Part shown: one piece after another, positions 52,292 through 60,440 of the stretch
Numbering within the stretch: the first letter of the stretch is position 1
Layout: the number at the start of each line of letters is the position of its first letter
Assembly: GCA_021817345.1 (NCBI GenBank)
Contig: JAKAVC010000159.1
Coordinates: 1,247 to 65,246 of the forward strand
Direction of reading: 5' to 3'
Length of the DNA stretch: 64,000 nt
DNA from: Deltaproteobacteria bacterium
GTDB lineage: Bacteria > Desulfobacterota > Binatia > Binatales > Binataceae
Made by a program: the position numbers and the translations under genes
The notes under the pieces: model-generated
The model's database searches: none
Seen by the model: the letters and a program-made list of their open reading frames with translations, nothing else
What the model was told of the DNA's origin: nothing

Positions 52292-53752
52292 TCAGGCCGT
52301 GGCCTGCTGCTGGCCGCCCGCGCGCATCTGATGGCGTCGCGCGCGCATCGTGGACAGGAACTGCATTCCTTCCTTGAGCAGGCGTTTGCACTCTTCGCTC
52401 GAGGTCACCATCTTGCGCACGGACTTGAAGATGTAGCGCGGGCGGAAGTAGAAGCTTCGGTAAAATCTCTCCACCGCCCCGTAAATCTCGTCGTTCGACA
52501 GGCCCGGGTACTTGATCGAGCACTTCTGGTAGCCGGATTCGTCGAGCATCGGATCGACGGCGAGGTAGCCGTTTTTGGTTACGTACTCGAACAGCTCGGT
52601 TCCCGGATAGGGCGAGGCGAGCGAGACCTGGATTGTTTCGCAATCCATCTCACGCGCAAACCGCATCGATTCCTCGATGGTGTCCCTGGTCTCGCCGGGA
52701 AGGCCGAGGATGAAGGTGCCGTGGATCAGGATGCCGAGCTCATGGCAATCGCGGGTGAAGCGGCGCGCGCGTTCGAGGCTCACGCCCTTTTTGATGTTTT
52801 TCAGGATCTGCGCGTTGCCGCTTTCGTAGCCCACCACGAACAGGCGAAGTCCGCCTTCCTTCAGGATCTTGAGAGTTTCGAAATCGACGTTGGCGCGCGA
52901 GTTGGTGGACCAGGTGATTCCGAGCGGCTTGAGGAGCTGCGCGATCTTGCGCGCGCGCGCCGGATCGGCGGTAAAAGTATCGTCGTCGAAGAAGAGTTCC
53001 TTCATCTTGGGGAACTTCTGCTTCATCGCCGAGACTTCTTCGAGCACGTTCTCGGGACTGCGCACGCGGTAGCGATGGCCCTGGGTTACCTGCGGCCACA
53101 GACAGAAGGTGCATCGCGCCGGGCATCCGCGTCCCGTGTACATCGACACGTACGGATACTGGCAATAGGGACTGTTGTAACGGAGATAGTCGAGATTCTT
53201 CTCGTACACCTCGGTTACGAAGGGCAGCTTGTCGAGGTCCTCGTTGGTGAGCTGGGCGCGGTCGGGGTTGTGATGGACCGAGCCGTTCTTGCGGTAGCTG
53301 ATCCCGTCGATCTTGTCCCACGGGAGACCCTGCGCGACTTCAACCATCGAGTAGTCGAATTCCTTGCGCCCCGCGATATCGATCGCCGGCGACTGCGCCA
53401 ATACCTCGTCAGGGCGGGCAGTCGGATGTCCGCCGACGAAGGCGATTATGCAGTTGGGATTGGCGGCCTTGATCGCCTCGGCCGTGCGCGCGTCGAGGCG
53501 CAACGACGGAGTCGAGGTATGGAGCACGACGAAGTCGTAGTTCTTTGCCTCTTCAATGGTTTTTGCGACGGTATAATCATGCGGCGGCGCGTCGAGAAGC
53601 CGCGCACCCGGAATCATCCCGGCCGGATAGGCGAGCCAGGTCGGATACCAGAACGACCAGACTTCGCGGGTGGCCTGATAACGGGAGCCCGCGCCTCCGT
53701 CGAAGTCTTCGTAGGAGGGGGGATTGAGGAACATGGTTTTCATGAAATCCAT
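52292..53752 (-). CDS. hpnJ: B12-binding radical SAM enzyme, HpnJ-like
   Basis: CPARCTFC cluster (C-x3-C-x2-C). N-terminus MDFMKTMFLNPPSYEDFDGGAGSRYQATREVWSFWYPTWLAYPAG. Start chosen at 53752 (53743 is also possible); the track start 53851 lies upstream of a candidate promoter. Confidence 0.7.
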   Translation of the reverse strand: MDFMKTMFLNPPSYEDFDGGAGSRYQATREVWSFWYPTWLAYPAGMIPGARLLDAPPHDYTVAKTIEEAKNYDFVVLHTSTPSLRLDARTAEAIKAANPNCIIAFVGGHPTARPDEVLAQSPAIDIAGRKEFDYSMVEVAQGLPWDKIDGISYRKNGSVHHNPDRAQLTNEDLDKLPFVTEVYEKNLDYLRYNSPYCQYPYVSMYTGRGCPARCTFCLWPQVTQGHRYRVRSPENVLEEVSAMKQKFPKMKELFFDDDTFTADPARARKIAQLLKPLGITWSTNSRANVDFETLKILKEGGLRLFVVGYESGNAQILKNIKKGVSLERARRFTRDCHELGILIHGTFILGLPGETRDTIEESMRFAREMDCETIQVSLASPYPGTELFEYVTKNGYLAVDPMLDESGYQKCSIKYPGLSNDEIYGAVERFYRSFYFRPRYIFKSVRKMVTSSEECKRLLKEGMQFLSTMRARRHQMRAGGQQQATA

Positions 53753-53794
53753 AGAAAAGTCCGTTACTCCGGGCCTGTCCGATTGGTTAGTGAC

Positions 53795-53823
53795 ACTATA
53801 CAAACCAGGAAATTCGAGCACAA
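53795..53823 (-). promoter_or_regulatory. Candidate sigma70-type promoter for hpnJ-like gene
   Basis: The minus strand reads TTGTGC-N17-TATAGT within a relatively AT-rich 156-nt spacer. Confidence 0.35.
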
Positions 53824-53908
53824 GGTTATCTGAAATCCCCCACTCGGTCACGAAATGACAGACAGTTTCAGGCGCGAGTGCGCAAAAAGTGGCGCGATCC
53901 GCTCCATC

Positions 53909-54907
53909 CTACGCCGCGATTTCGGCCTTTCCCGGCTTTATGGTCGGAAGGCCAAGCGTCGCGAACGGAACCGCGCCGAGCAGACCGCCAAGCATTGTCG
54001 CGAGGAACCATAACAGCCCGAGCGCGATCGCGTCGGCGCGGCTCACGCCGGCCATCCCGAACAACATCAGGTACGTGGTCTCGCGCACGCCGAGTCCGTT
54101 GAGCGTGATCGGGAGGCTCGCAAAGACGTTGGCGACAGGGACGACGAGCATGAACAGCCCGAGCGGCATCTTCAACCCGAGTCCCAGCGCCAGCAGATAT
54201 TGGCAAACCGCAAGTGAGGCCTGCAGGATGACTGATAGCCCGATAGCGGGAAGCCCCCACGACGGATTGTGCAGGTAGGGCGCGACCGCGCCGACCGCGC
54301 GACGGAGCAGCCGTGGGCCGAAATGCGCGAAGCGGGCGATTAACGGCGAGGCGAGGTAGCCCGCCAGTACTGCGGCGCCAACTCCGATGATCGGGCCGAT
54401 CATGCTCGGCGGAAGCACCCCGTCGTTGAAAAAGATTGCGGTCGCGGCGGCGAACCAGAACAGCGCGACCAGGCCATAGCCGCGATCGGCGACCGTGCAC
54501 GCGATCGCCTCGGGCATCCGATGGTGGCGGCGGCCAAGATAAAATGCCCGCGCCGCGTCGCCGCCGATCAGTCCCGGGACAAAAAGGTTGGTGAACATCC
54601 CGATGAAGTAATAGGCGAGAAATTCCCGGAAGCGCACCTTGAGGCCCAAAATTCCCGCCAGCAGGCGCCACCTGTAGGTCGACATCACCTGCCCGGCGAC
54701 GTAAAGGCCGAAAGTGGCGGCGAAGAAGCCCAGCCGCTCGTGGGCGAGGACGTGAAGAGCGGAGCGGGCGTCGAAATGCCATATCAGGAAGACGATGATC
54801 GCAATCCCGGCTGCGGCTCTAAGCAGAAAGGAGAAGTACAGATGCGGCGGGCGCGACGGGGGCGGCGTTATCGCGCCATGGACTTCAGTTGCCGGCGAGT
54901 CGTTCAT
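53909..54907 (-). CDS. UPF0104 / lysyl-PG-synthase-TM-like flippase-type membrane protein (HpnL-like)
   Basis: 332-aa polytopic protein with GLIGGDAARAFYL. Confidence 0.65.
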   Translation of the reverse strand: MNDSPATEVHGAITPPPSRPPHLYFSFLLRAAAGIAIIVFLIWHFDARSALHVLAHERLGFFAATFGLYVAGQVMSTYRWRLLAGILGLKVRFREFLAYYFIGMFTNLFVPGLIGGDAARAFYLGRRHHRMPEAIACTVADRGYGLVALFWFAAATAIFFNDGVLPPSMIGPIIGVGAAVLAGYLASPLIARFAHFGPRLLRRAVGAVAPYLHNPSWGLPAIGLSVILQASLAVCQYLLALGLGLKMPLGLFMLVVPVANVFASLPITLNGLGVRETTYLMLFGMAGVSRADAIALGLLWFLATMLGGLLGAVPFATLGLPTIKPGKAEIAA

Positions 54908-56627
54908 CTCGGTTCAGGACAGCGCGCTTGGTGTGCTCGGAGCCGATCACGGTGAAGGCGCCGAGCTTCGGTTTGAGGCGCGCAAGGTCGGACGCGTCTA
55001 TCACCAGGACGGTCGGGGCCGGGCGCGACCATAGCCGCAGCATCTGGGCGTCGGTTTTGAGGAAATAGCGGGCGGCATCCTTCGAATGATGCGCGCCGTA
55101 GGTGAGTTCGGTCTCGGGGCCGAGCAGGATGACACGCCGGCGCGTGTAGAACGGGAGCGACTGCACGTAACGGCGATAACAGATAAGGGTTGCATCGGGT
55201 GCGCGGCGGGCAACCTCGCGGCTCAACCGCGCGTATGAGCGCAGCGGCTCCGCCTCCAGTCGCGCGTAGGTTCCGACCAGCAGTGCGCCGGCCAGGGTCA
55301 GAACCAGAAGCGTCAGCCCCACGCCGGCTTTTCGCGCCAGGAACGCGAAGGTCATCGCGGCCCCTCCCGCAATCGCCACTGCGCCGATTCCATAAAGCGC
55401 GGGCCGAACCGCGATCGGATACGGGCTTCGAAACATCGGAGCCAGGATTGCGACGACGATTATGCCGACTCCGGTGAGGCTTATGAGCGGACCGACTTCC
55501 TTAAGGATTCTCGAATCCGGCGCGCCGGGTCCGTCGGATAATTCCTCATCCGGCCACGCGCACGACGCGACTCCGTCGGCGATCAGGACCGCAAGCGGCG
55601 GAAACGCAGGCAGGACATAGGGGATGAGTTTCGCGCTCGCGAGCGAAAACAGGCCGATGATGGTCGCGCTCGCGGCAAGGCAATAACGCCGCGCCGGATT
55701 CGGGCTCATCCGCCGCCAGGTCAGGAACGGCACCAGCACCGACCACGGAAGCAGCCCGCCGATTATCACTGGCACGTAGTAGTAGAACGGCTCCTTGTGG
55801 CTGTAGGAGGGCACGAGCGCGCGTTTCAAGTACTCGCCGACAAAATAAAAATCGACGTAGCCGGGCTCTTTGAGACTTATCGCGACGAACCACGGCGCGA
55901 CGATCGCGGCCATCAGCAGGAATCCCGCGAGCGCGTGAAACCGCCGTGTCGCGCCGCGAAGCTCTCCCTCCCACCACAGGAATACGGCCATCGACGCGAC
56001 CGGCAGCGCCATCCCAACCGGTCCCTTGGTCAGGGTCGCCGCCGCCATCGCGAGATACGCAATCCAGCACCACCATCCGCCGTCGAGATAGTGCATGAAC
56101 AGCGCGTAGAGCGCCGCGGTTATCAGCGCGGTAAGCAGCATGTCGGTGGTCAGCACCTGCGCCATCACGGCGAAGATCGGCGCGGTCGTCAGGATCGCCG
56201 CGGCAAGCATCGCGCGGCGCCGATCGAAGGTGCGGCGAACGAAGAAGAACGTCGCTGTCACCGTGCCCAACGCCGACACTGCGGGCACCAGCCGTGCGGC
56301 GAGTTCGTTCAGTCCGAACACCTTGAAGCAAAGCGCCGTCAGCCAATATAGAAGCGGCGGCTTCTCAATGTATGGGACGTAATTCAGATGCGGGACGATG
56401 AAGTTGCCGAGCGCAAGCATCTCGCGCCCGATCTCGGCGTAGCGCGCCTCGTCGGGTTCCCAGAGTCCGTAGCTTCCGAGGTGAAAGAAAAAAACCACGA
56501 GGCCGAGCGCGATAACCGCCCGCGCCGCGAACGCGTCTTGCGCAAGCCATCGCGAAGGCCCGCGCTCAAGCCCGGAACCTGACTTTGCCGCGGCCGATTC
56601 CGCGTTGAATACCGATCGCGAAGACAC
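54885..56627 (-). CDS. GT-C fold glycosyltransferase family 39/83 (ArnT/PMT-like)
   Basis: GTG start, 580 aa. First-loop motif LWEPDEARYAEIGREM and many TM segments. Overlaps the next gene by 23 nt. Confidence 0.8.
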   Translation of the reverse strand: MSSRSVFNAESAAAKSGSGLERGPSRWLAQDAFAARAVIALGLVVFFFHLGSYGLWEPDEARYAEIGREMLALGNFIVPHLNYVPYIEKPPLLYWLTALCFKVFGLNELAARLVPAVSALGTVTATFFFVRRTFDRRRAMLAAAILTTAPIFAVMAQVLTTDMLLTALITAALYALFMHYLDGGWWCWIAYLAMAAATLTKGPVGMALPVASMAVFLWWEGELRGATRRFHALAGFLLMAAIVAPWFVAISLKEPGYVDFYFVGEYLKRALVPSYSHKEPFYYYVPVIIGGLLPWSVLVPFLTWRRMSPNPARRYCLAASATIIGLFSLASAKLIPYVLPAFPPLAVLIADGVASCAWPDEELSDGPGAPDSRILKEVGPLISLTGVGIIVVAILAPMFRSPYPIAVRPALYGIGAVAIAGGAAMTFAFLARKAGVGLTLLVLTLAGALLVGTYARLEAEPLRSYARLSREVARRAPDATLICYRRYVQSLPFYTRRRVILLGPETELTYGAHHSKDAARYFLKTDAQMLRLWSRPAPTVLVIDASDLARLKPKLGAFTVIGSEHTKRAVLNRDERLAGN

Positions 56628-56710
56628 CCGTCGGCTAGTCTAACCGCACCGTGGCGGCTGTGAAACGCGCGGGCCTCGGTTAAAGCCGCTCGAAAACGCC
56701 AGGTGCGCCG

Positions 56711-58381
56711 TCAGTATCCCGCCGCGCCGCCACCTTTTCGAGGGTCGAATGCGCCGTGCAGGTTGCCGGGCTCGATTGTGATCGCGGCAACCGCCCCGAG
56801 ATGAGGCACCACCTTGAGCTTGTAGCCCATCTCGCTTAGCGCGTCACGGGTTGAGGCCGGTATCGCGGCCTCGACGAAAATCATGTCGGGGGAAGCCTGC
56901 TCGTGGATTCGCGGAGTCGACACCGCCTGTTCCGGTTCGAGGTGAAAATCCAGGATATTGAGCGTGACCTGGAGAACGCCGGTCAGAATCGTGGGACCGC
57001 CCGAGCCGCCGGTTGTCATTACCGGACGTCCCCGCCGGACCACGATGATCGGCGTCATGCTCGAGAGCGGACGCTTGCCGGGCGCGATTTCGTTGGCTTT
57101 CGCGCCCTGCAGCCGGTACACGTTCGGCACGTTGGGCGCGACCGCGAAATCGTCCATCTCGTTGTTCAGGACGATCCCGAGCTTCGGAACCATCATCTTG
57201 GAACCGAAGATCGTGTTGATCGTCGTGGTAAGCGCGACCACGTTGCCGTCCTTGTCCACCACACAGAGATTCGAGGTGCCGTGATCGTGCGCCTCGGGAA
57301 TCATCCTGGATGTGCGGTCATGATGCAGCGCGCGATTGCGCGCTTCGTCTATGTGTTTGGCCGAGAGCAGGACGTCGAGCGGCACATGGACGAAAGCCGG
57401 GTCCGCGTACAGCGCGCGGTCGATGAATCCCTGGCGCATCACCTCGGCAAGCCGCGCCAGGTACGGCGGCGAGTTGAGCCCGAGCCCCGGCAGATGGCCC
57501 GGCTCAAGCATCCCGAGCATCTCGAGCAGCACGCCGCCCGACGACGGCGGCGGCATCACGTAAACCTCGGTTCCCTGGTAGGCGCGATGGAGCGGTTCGC
57601 GCCAGAGCGCGCGGTAATCGGCGAGATCGTCGGCGGTCATGATTCCGCCGCTCTTCCTGATATACGACGCGATCTCCCGGGCTATCTCGCCATGATAGAA
57701 CTTTTCGTCGGGGCGGTCGCCGAGCATTTCAAGCGTGCGCGCCAGTTCCGGTTCGCGGATGATAGTCCCCTCGGGTGGCGCGGAGCCGTCGTGCTCGAGA
57801 AAGGTTTTGGCGAATTCCGGATTGGCGGCGATATACTTTTGCGACCATTTTATTTCGCCGGCAAGAAGATGGCTCAGCGGGAAGCCGTCGCGCGCGAGCT
57901 TTATTGCGGGCGCCGCGACCTGCTGAAACTTCATCGTGCCGAACCGCTCAAGGGCCGCCGCGATTCCCGCAACCTGGCCCGGAACGCCAACCGCCAGCGG
58001 TCCGAGCAGCGCGAGCTTTTCATCGGGGCGTCCGTTTCGCAAATACATGTCGGCGCTAGCCGCCTTGGGCGCGGTCTCGCGGAAATCGAGCGCGAAGAAT
58101 TTGCCCTGCCTGGCGACGTATATGAGCATAAATCCACCGCCGCCGAGTCCGCACGAGGCCGCGTTGGTGACGCCGAGCGCAAGCGCGGTCGCGCATGCGG
58201 CATCGATCGCGTTGCCGCCTTTTTTCAGGATCTCCAGCCCCGCCTGGGTCGCCTGCGCGCTCTCCGAAACGACCATCGCATGCGGCGCCTCGGCCGAAAG
58301 GGCCGGCACGCAGGCCAGCGCGACGGCGATAACGGGGACGATCAGAAGATGGACGAACAGGAACTTTCGGTTTCTCATCAT
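56711..58381 (-). CDS. ggt: Gamma-glutamyltransferase
   Basis: 556 aa with a signal peptide. Autoprocessing site HDHG-TSNLCVVD. Confidence 0.9.
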   Translation of the reverse strand: MMRNRKFLFVHLLIVPVIAVALACVPALSAEAPHAMVVSESAQATQAGLEILKKGGNAIDAACATALALGVTNAASCGLGGGGFMLIYVARQGKFFALDFRETAPKAASADMYLRNGRPDEKLALLGPLAVGVPGQVAGIAAALERFGTMKFQQVAAPAIKLARDGFPLSHLLAGEIKWSQKYIAANPEFAKTFLEHDGSAPPEGTIIREPELARTLEMLGDRPDEKFYHGEIAREIASYIRKSGGIMTADDLADYRALWREPLHRAYQGTEVYVMPPPSSGGVLLEMLGMLEPGHLPGLGLNSPPYLARLAEVMRQGFIDRALYADPAFVHVPLDVLLSAKHIDEARNRALHHDRTSRMIPEAHDHGTSNLCVVDKDGNVVALTTTINTIFGSKMMVPKLGIVLNNEMDDFAVAPNVPNVYRLQGAKANEIAPGKRPLSSMTPIIVVRRGRPVMTTGGSGGPTILTGVLQVTLNILDFHLEPEQAVSTPRIHEQASPDMIFVEAAIPASTRDALSEMGYKLKVVPHLGAVAAITIEPGNLHGAFDPRKGGGAAGY

Positions 58382-58564
58382 GCCTCGCGTAGCGCGCGGA
58401 ATTGATCGTCCGAGCTGAGGGACTATCTGCGTGTTACTAACAGCCGAGGCCGGGCAAGGAAAGCCGACGAGTTGTCAAGACGCGGCCCGAACCGCCGCGG
58501 GTTTGGATTTGGGCGCGCGGTAGTGCTTTGATTGGGGACGCTTTTGAAGCGGAGGGAATGCCCG

Positions 58565-59383
58565 ATGGATTTCGCCGAAATCATCTACGAAAAGTCCGAC
58601 CGGATCGCGACCGTCACCATGAACCGCCCGGACAAGCTAAATGCCTGGACGCCGCGGATGGGCGCCGAGATGCGAACCGCGATGCTCGATGCGGAGCGCG
58701 ACGACAATGTCGGCGCGATTATCGTGACCGGTGCCGGAACGGCTTACTGTGCCGGCGCGGATATGGGCACGCTCAGCGAAATTTCCAAGGGGCGCGCCTC
58801 CGCGACGGGCCGGGAGAGCGAGGAAGAATTTCCAGCCGGCGTGCGCGACGACTACCGCACGCGCTATTCGTGGCAGCTCGCGCTCAAGAAACCGATTATC
58901 GGCGCGATAAACGGCGCATGTGTCGGGCTTGGATTCACTCATTGCCTCTACCAGGACATCCGGATCGCCTCCGAGCGCGCGCGCATGGGCCTCATCTTCG
59001 TCCAGCGCGGGCTTGCGATCGAGCACGGGTCGAGCTGGATGCTGCCGCGGATCGTCGGCCTTTCAAAGGCGGTCGAACTTGCCGTTACCGGACGGCTGGT
59101 GGACGCGAACGAGGCGCTCGAAATGGGGCTGGTCAGCCGCGTGGTCCCGCATGACAAGCTGATGGAGACGGCGCGGCAAATCGCGGGCGAAATCGCCACC
59201 AAATGCTCTCCGCTCGGCGTCTGGCAGGCGAAGAAAATGATCTACGATCACATGTTCACCGACCTTGCCACCGCGATCAAGGAAGACGACGCCTCTATGA
59301 CGATAATGACGCAGTCGGAGGACTTCAAAGAGGGCGTGAAGGCGTTTCTCGAGAAGCGTCCGGCGCGCTTCAAGGGCCGATAA
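58565..59383 (+). CDS. Enoyl-CoA hydratase/isomerase (crotonase) family protein
   Basis: ATG 58565 lies 8 nt after GGAGGG. VTGAGTAYCAGADMG. Confidence 0.85.
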   Translation: MDFAEIIYEKSDRIATVTMNRPDKLNAWTPRMGAEMRTAMLDAERDDNVGAIIVTGAGTAYCAGADMGTLSEISKGRASATGRESEEEFPAGVRDDYRTRYSWQLALKKPIIGAINGACVGLGFTHCLYQDIRIASERARMGLIFVQRGLAIEHGSSWMLPRIVGLSKAVELAVTGRLVDANEALEMGLVSRVVPHDKLMETARQIAGEIATKCSPLGVWQAKKMIYDHMFTDLATAIKEDDASMTIMTQSEDFKEGVKAFLEKRPARFKGR

Positions 59384-59410
59384 ATCGCGCCCGTGCGGCG
59401 GAAACCCGCG

Positions 59411-59911
59411 CTAGGTTTCGAGTGGATGCTTGAACTTGCGGTCCGGATGGCGCACGGCGAGAACCGGGCAATGGGCCTTCTGCACCACGCGCTCGGCCAC
59501 GCTGCCCATCAGGACATGGGCGAGCCCGGAGCGCCCGTGCGTGCCCATCACGATAAGATCGACGTTCTCGGCCTTGGCGGTATGGATGATTTCGAGAAAG
59601 GGCGAGCCGACCTTGAGCATGCTTCGCGCGCGCAGGCCGCTGTCGCGCAGGCGGTTGACGATTTTGTCCAGCTCGCGCTGTGCGAGCACTCTCTGCTCCT
59701 CCGCGATTCGCGACATCGCGCCCACGTCCATCATCGGTCCGAGTTCCGGGCTTACCATTACGGGCGGCAGTGGCTGGTCCACGTGCAGGACCAGTATCTC
59801 GGCGGAAAACCGCCGTGCTATTTCTTCGGCGTAGCTCAGCGCGAAGTTGGAATCTTCGGAAAAGTCCGTTGCGCAGAGGACTTTGTTGAAGGTTGGCACG
59901 AAGCGAACCAT
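59411..59911 (-). CDS. Universal stress protein (UspA family)
   Basis: KVLCATDFSEDS...LIVMGTHGRSG...GSVAERVV. I prefer the start at 59911 because it leaves 118 nt for divergent promoters. The track start is 59992. Confidence 0.8.
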   Translation of the reverse strand: MVRFVPTFNKVLCATDFSEDSNFALSYAEEIARRFSAEILVLHVDQPLPPVMVSPELGPMMDVGAMSRIAEEQRVLAQRELDKIVNRLRDSGLRARSMLKVGSPFLEIIHTAKAENVDLIVMGTHGRSGLAHVLMGSVAERVVQKAHCPVLAVRHPDRKFKHPLET

Positions 59912-60029
59912 ACCCCGGCCCAAATCGGGGAGCAAGCGGCCGTAAAACGCCGCTGAAACCGGGCTTGTCACCGGGATTTCCGCAATGCTCATGGCGAACT
60001 AAAATCAAGCGCGAGGTCTGGATGCCGAA

Positions 60030-60407
60030 ATGCGCAGACGAGCCGGTATTACGCTGGGAGACTTCGAGAAAGCCCTGGATGAGTTCTTCGACGAGATGCT
60101 GATCTCGCGATGGCGCCGGGCGGCCGAGGAGCCAGGAGAGTTCGAACGTTCACGGGTCATCGAGCAGCCCGGGCAATATCAGGTCTGCGTCGAGATGCCG
60201 GGCGCCGACCCCGAGCGTATCGAGGTGAAAGTCGTCGGACAGCGGCTCAGCGTGCGCGTGCCGTCCGACGAAGGATATCTCGAGAGCAGCTATTCCTTCG
60301 CGCAGACGATCGATCAGGATCGGGTAAGCGCGCGATGGACCGACGGTACGCTGGTTATCACGCTGCCCAAACATAAACCCCGACAGATCAAGATTAAGCA
60401 GGGCTGA
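60030..60407 (+). CDS. Hsp20/alpha-crystallin family small heat-shock protein
   Basis: 125 aa; ...YQVCVEMPGADPERIEVKVVGQRLSVRV...DGTLVITLPK. Confidence 0.8.
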   Translation: MRRRAGITLGDFEKALDEFFDEMLISRWRRAAEEPGEFERSRVIEQPGQYQVCVEMPGADPERIEVKVVGQRLSVRVPSDEGYLESSYSFAQTIDQDRVSARWTDGTLVITLPKHKPRQIKIKQG

Positions 60408-60440
60408 TTATTCGCCCGGCTCGCTCCAGGGCTGAATCCG

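Noticed and set aside
59950-60000. Sigma-32-like CTTGTCA-N16-GCTCATGG upstream of hsp20
   Set aside because: Only about 5 of 7 and 4 of 7 positions match the consensus, which is too weak to report as a feature.
60022-60102. 26-aa frame starting at ATG 60022 with a well-spaced GAGG, overlapping the hsp20 start
   Set aside because: It has no recognisable content. The overlapping frame from ATG 60030 has the alpha-crystallin signature.
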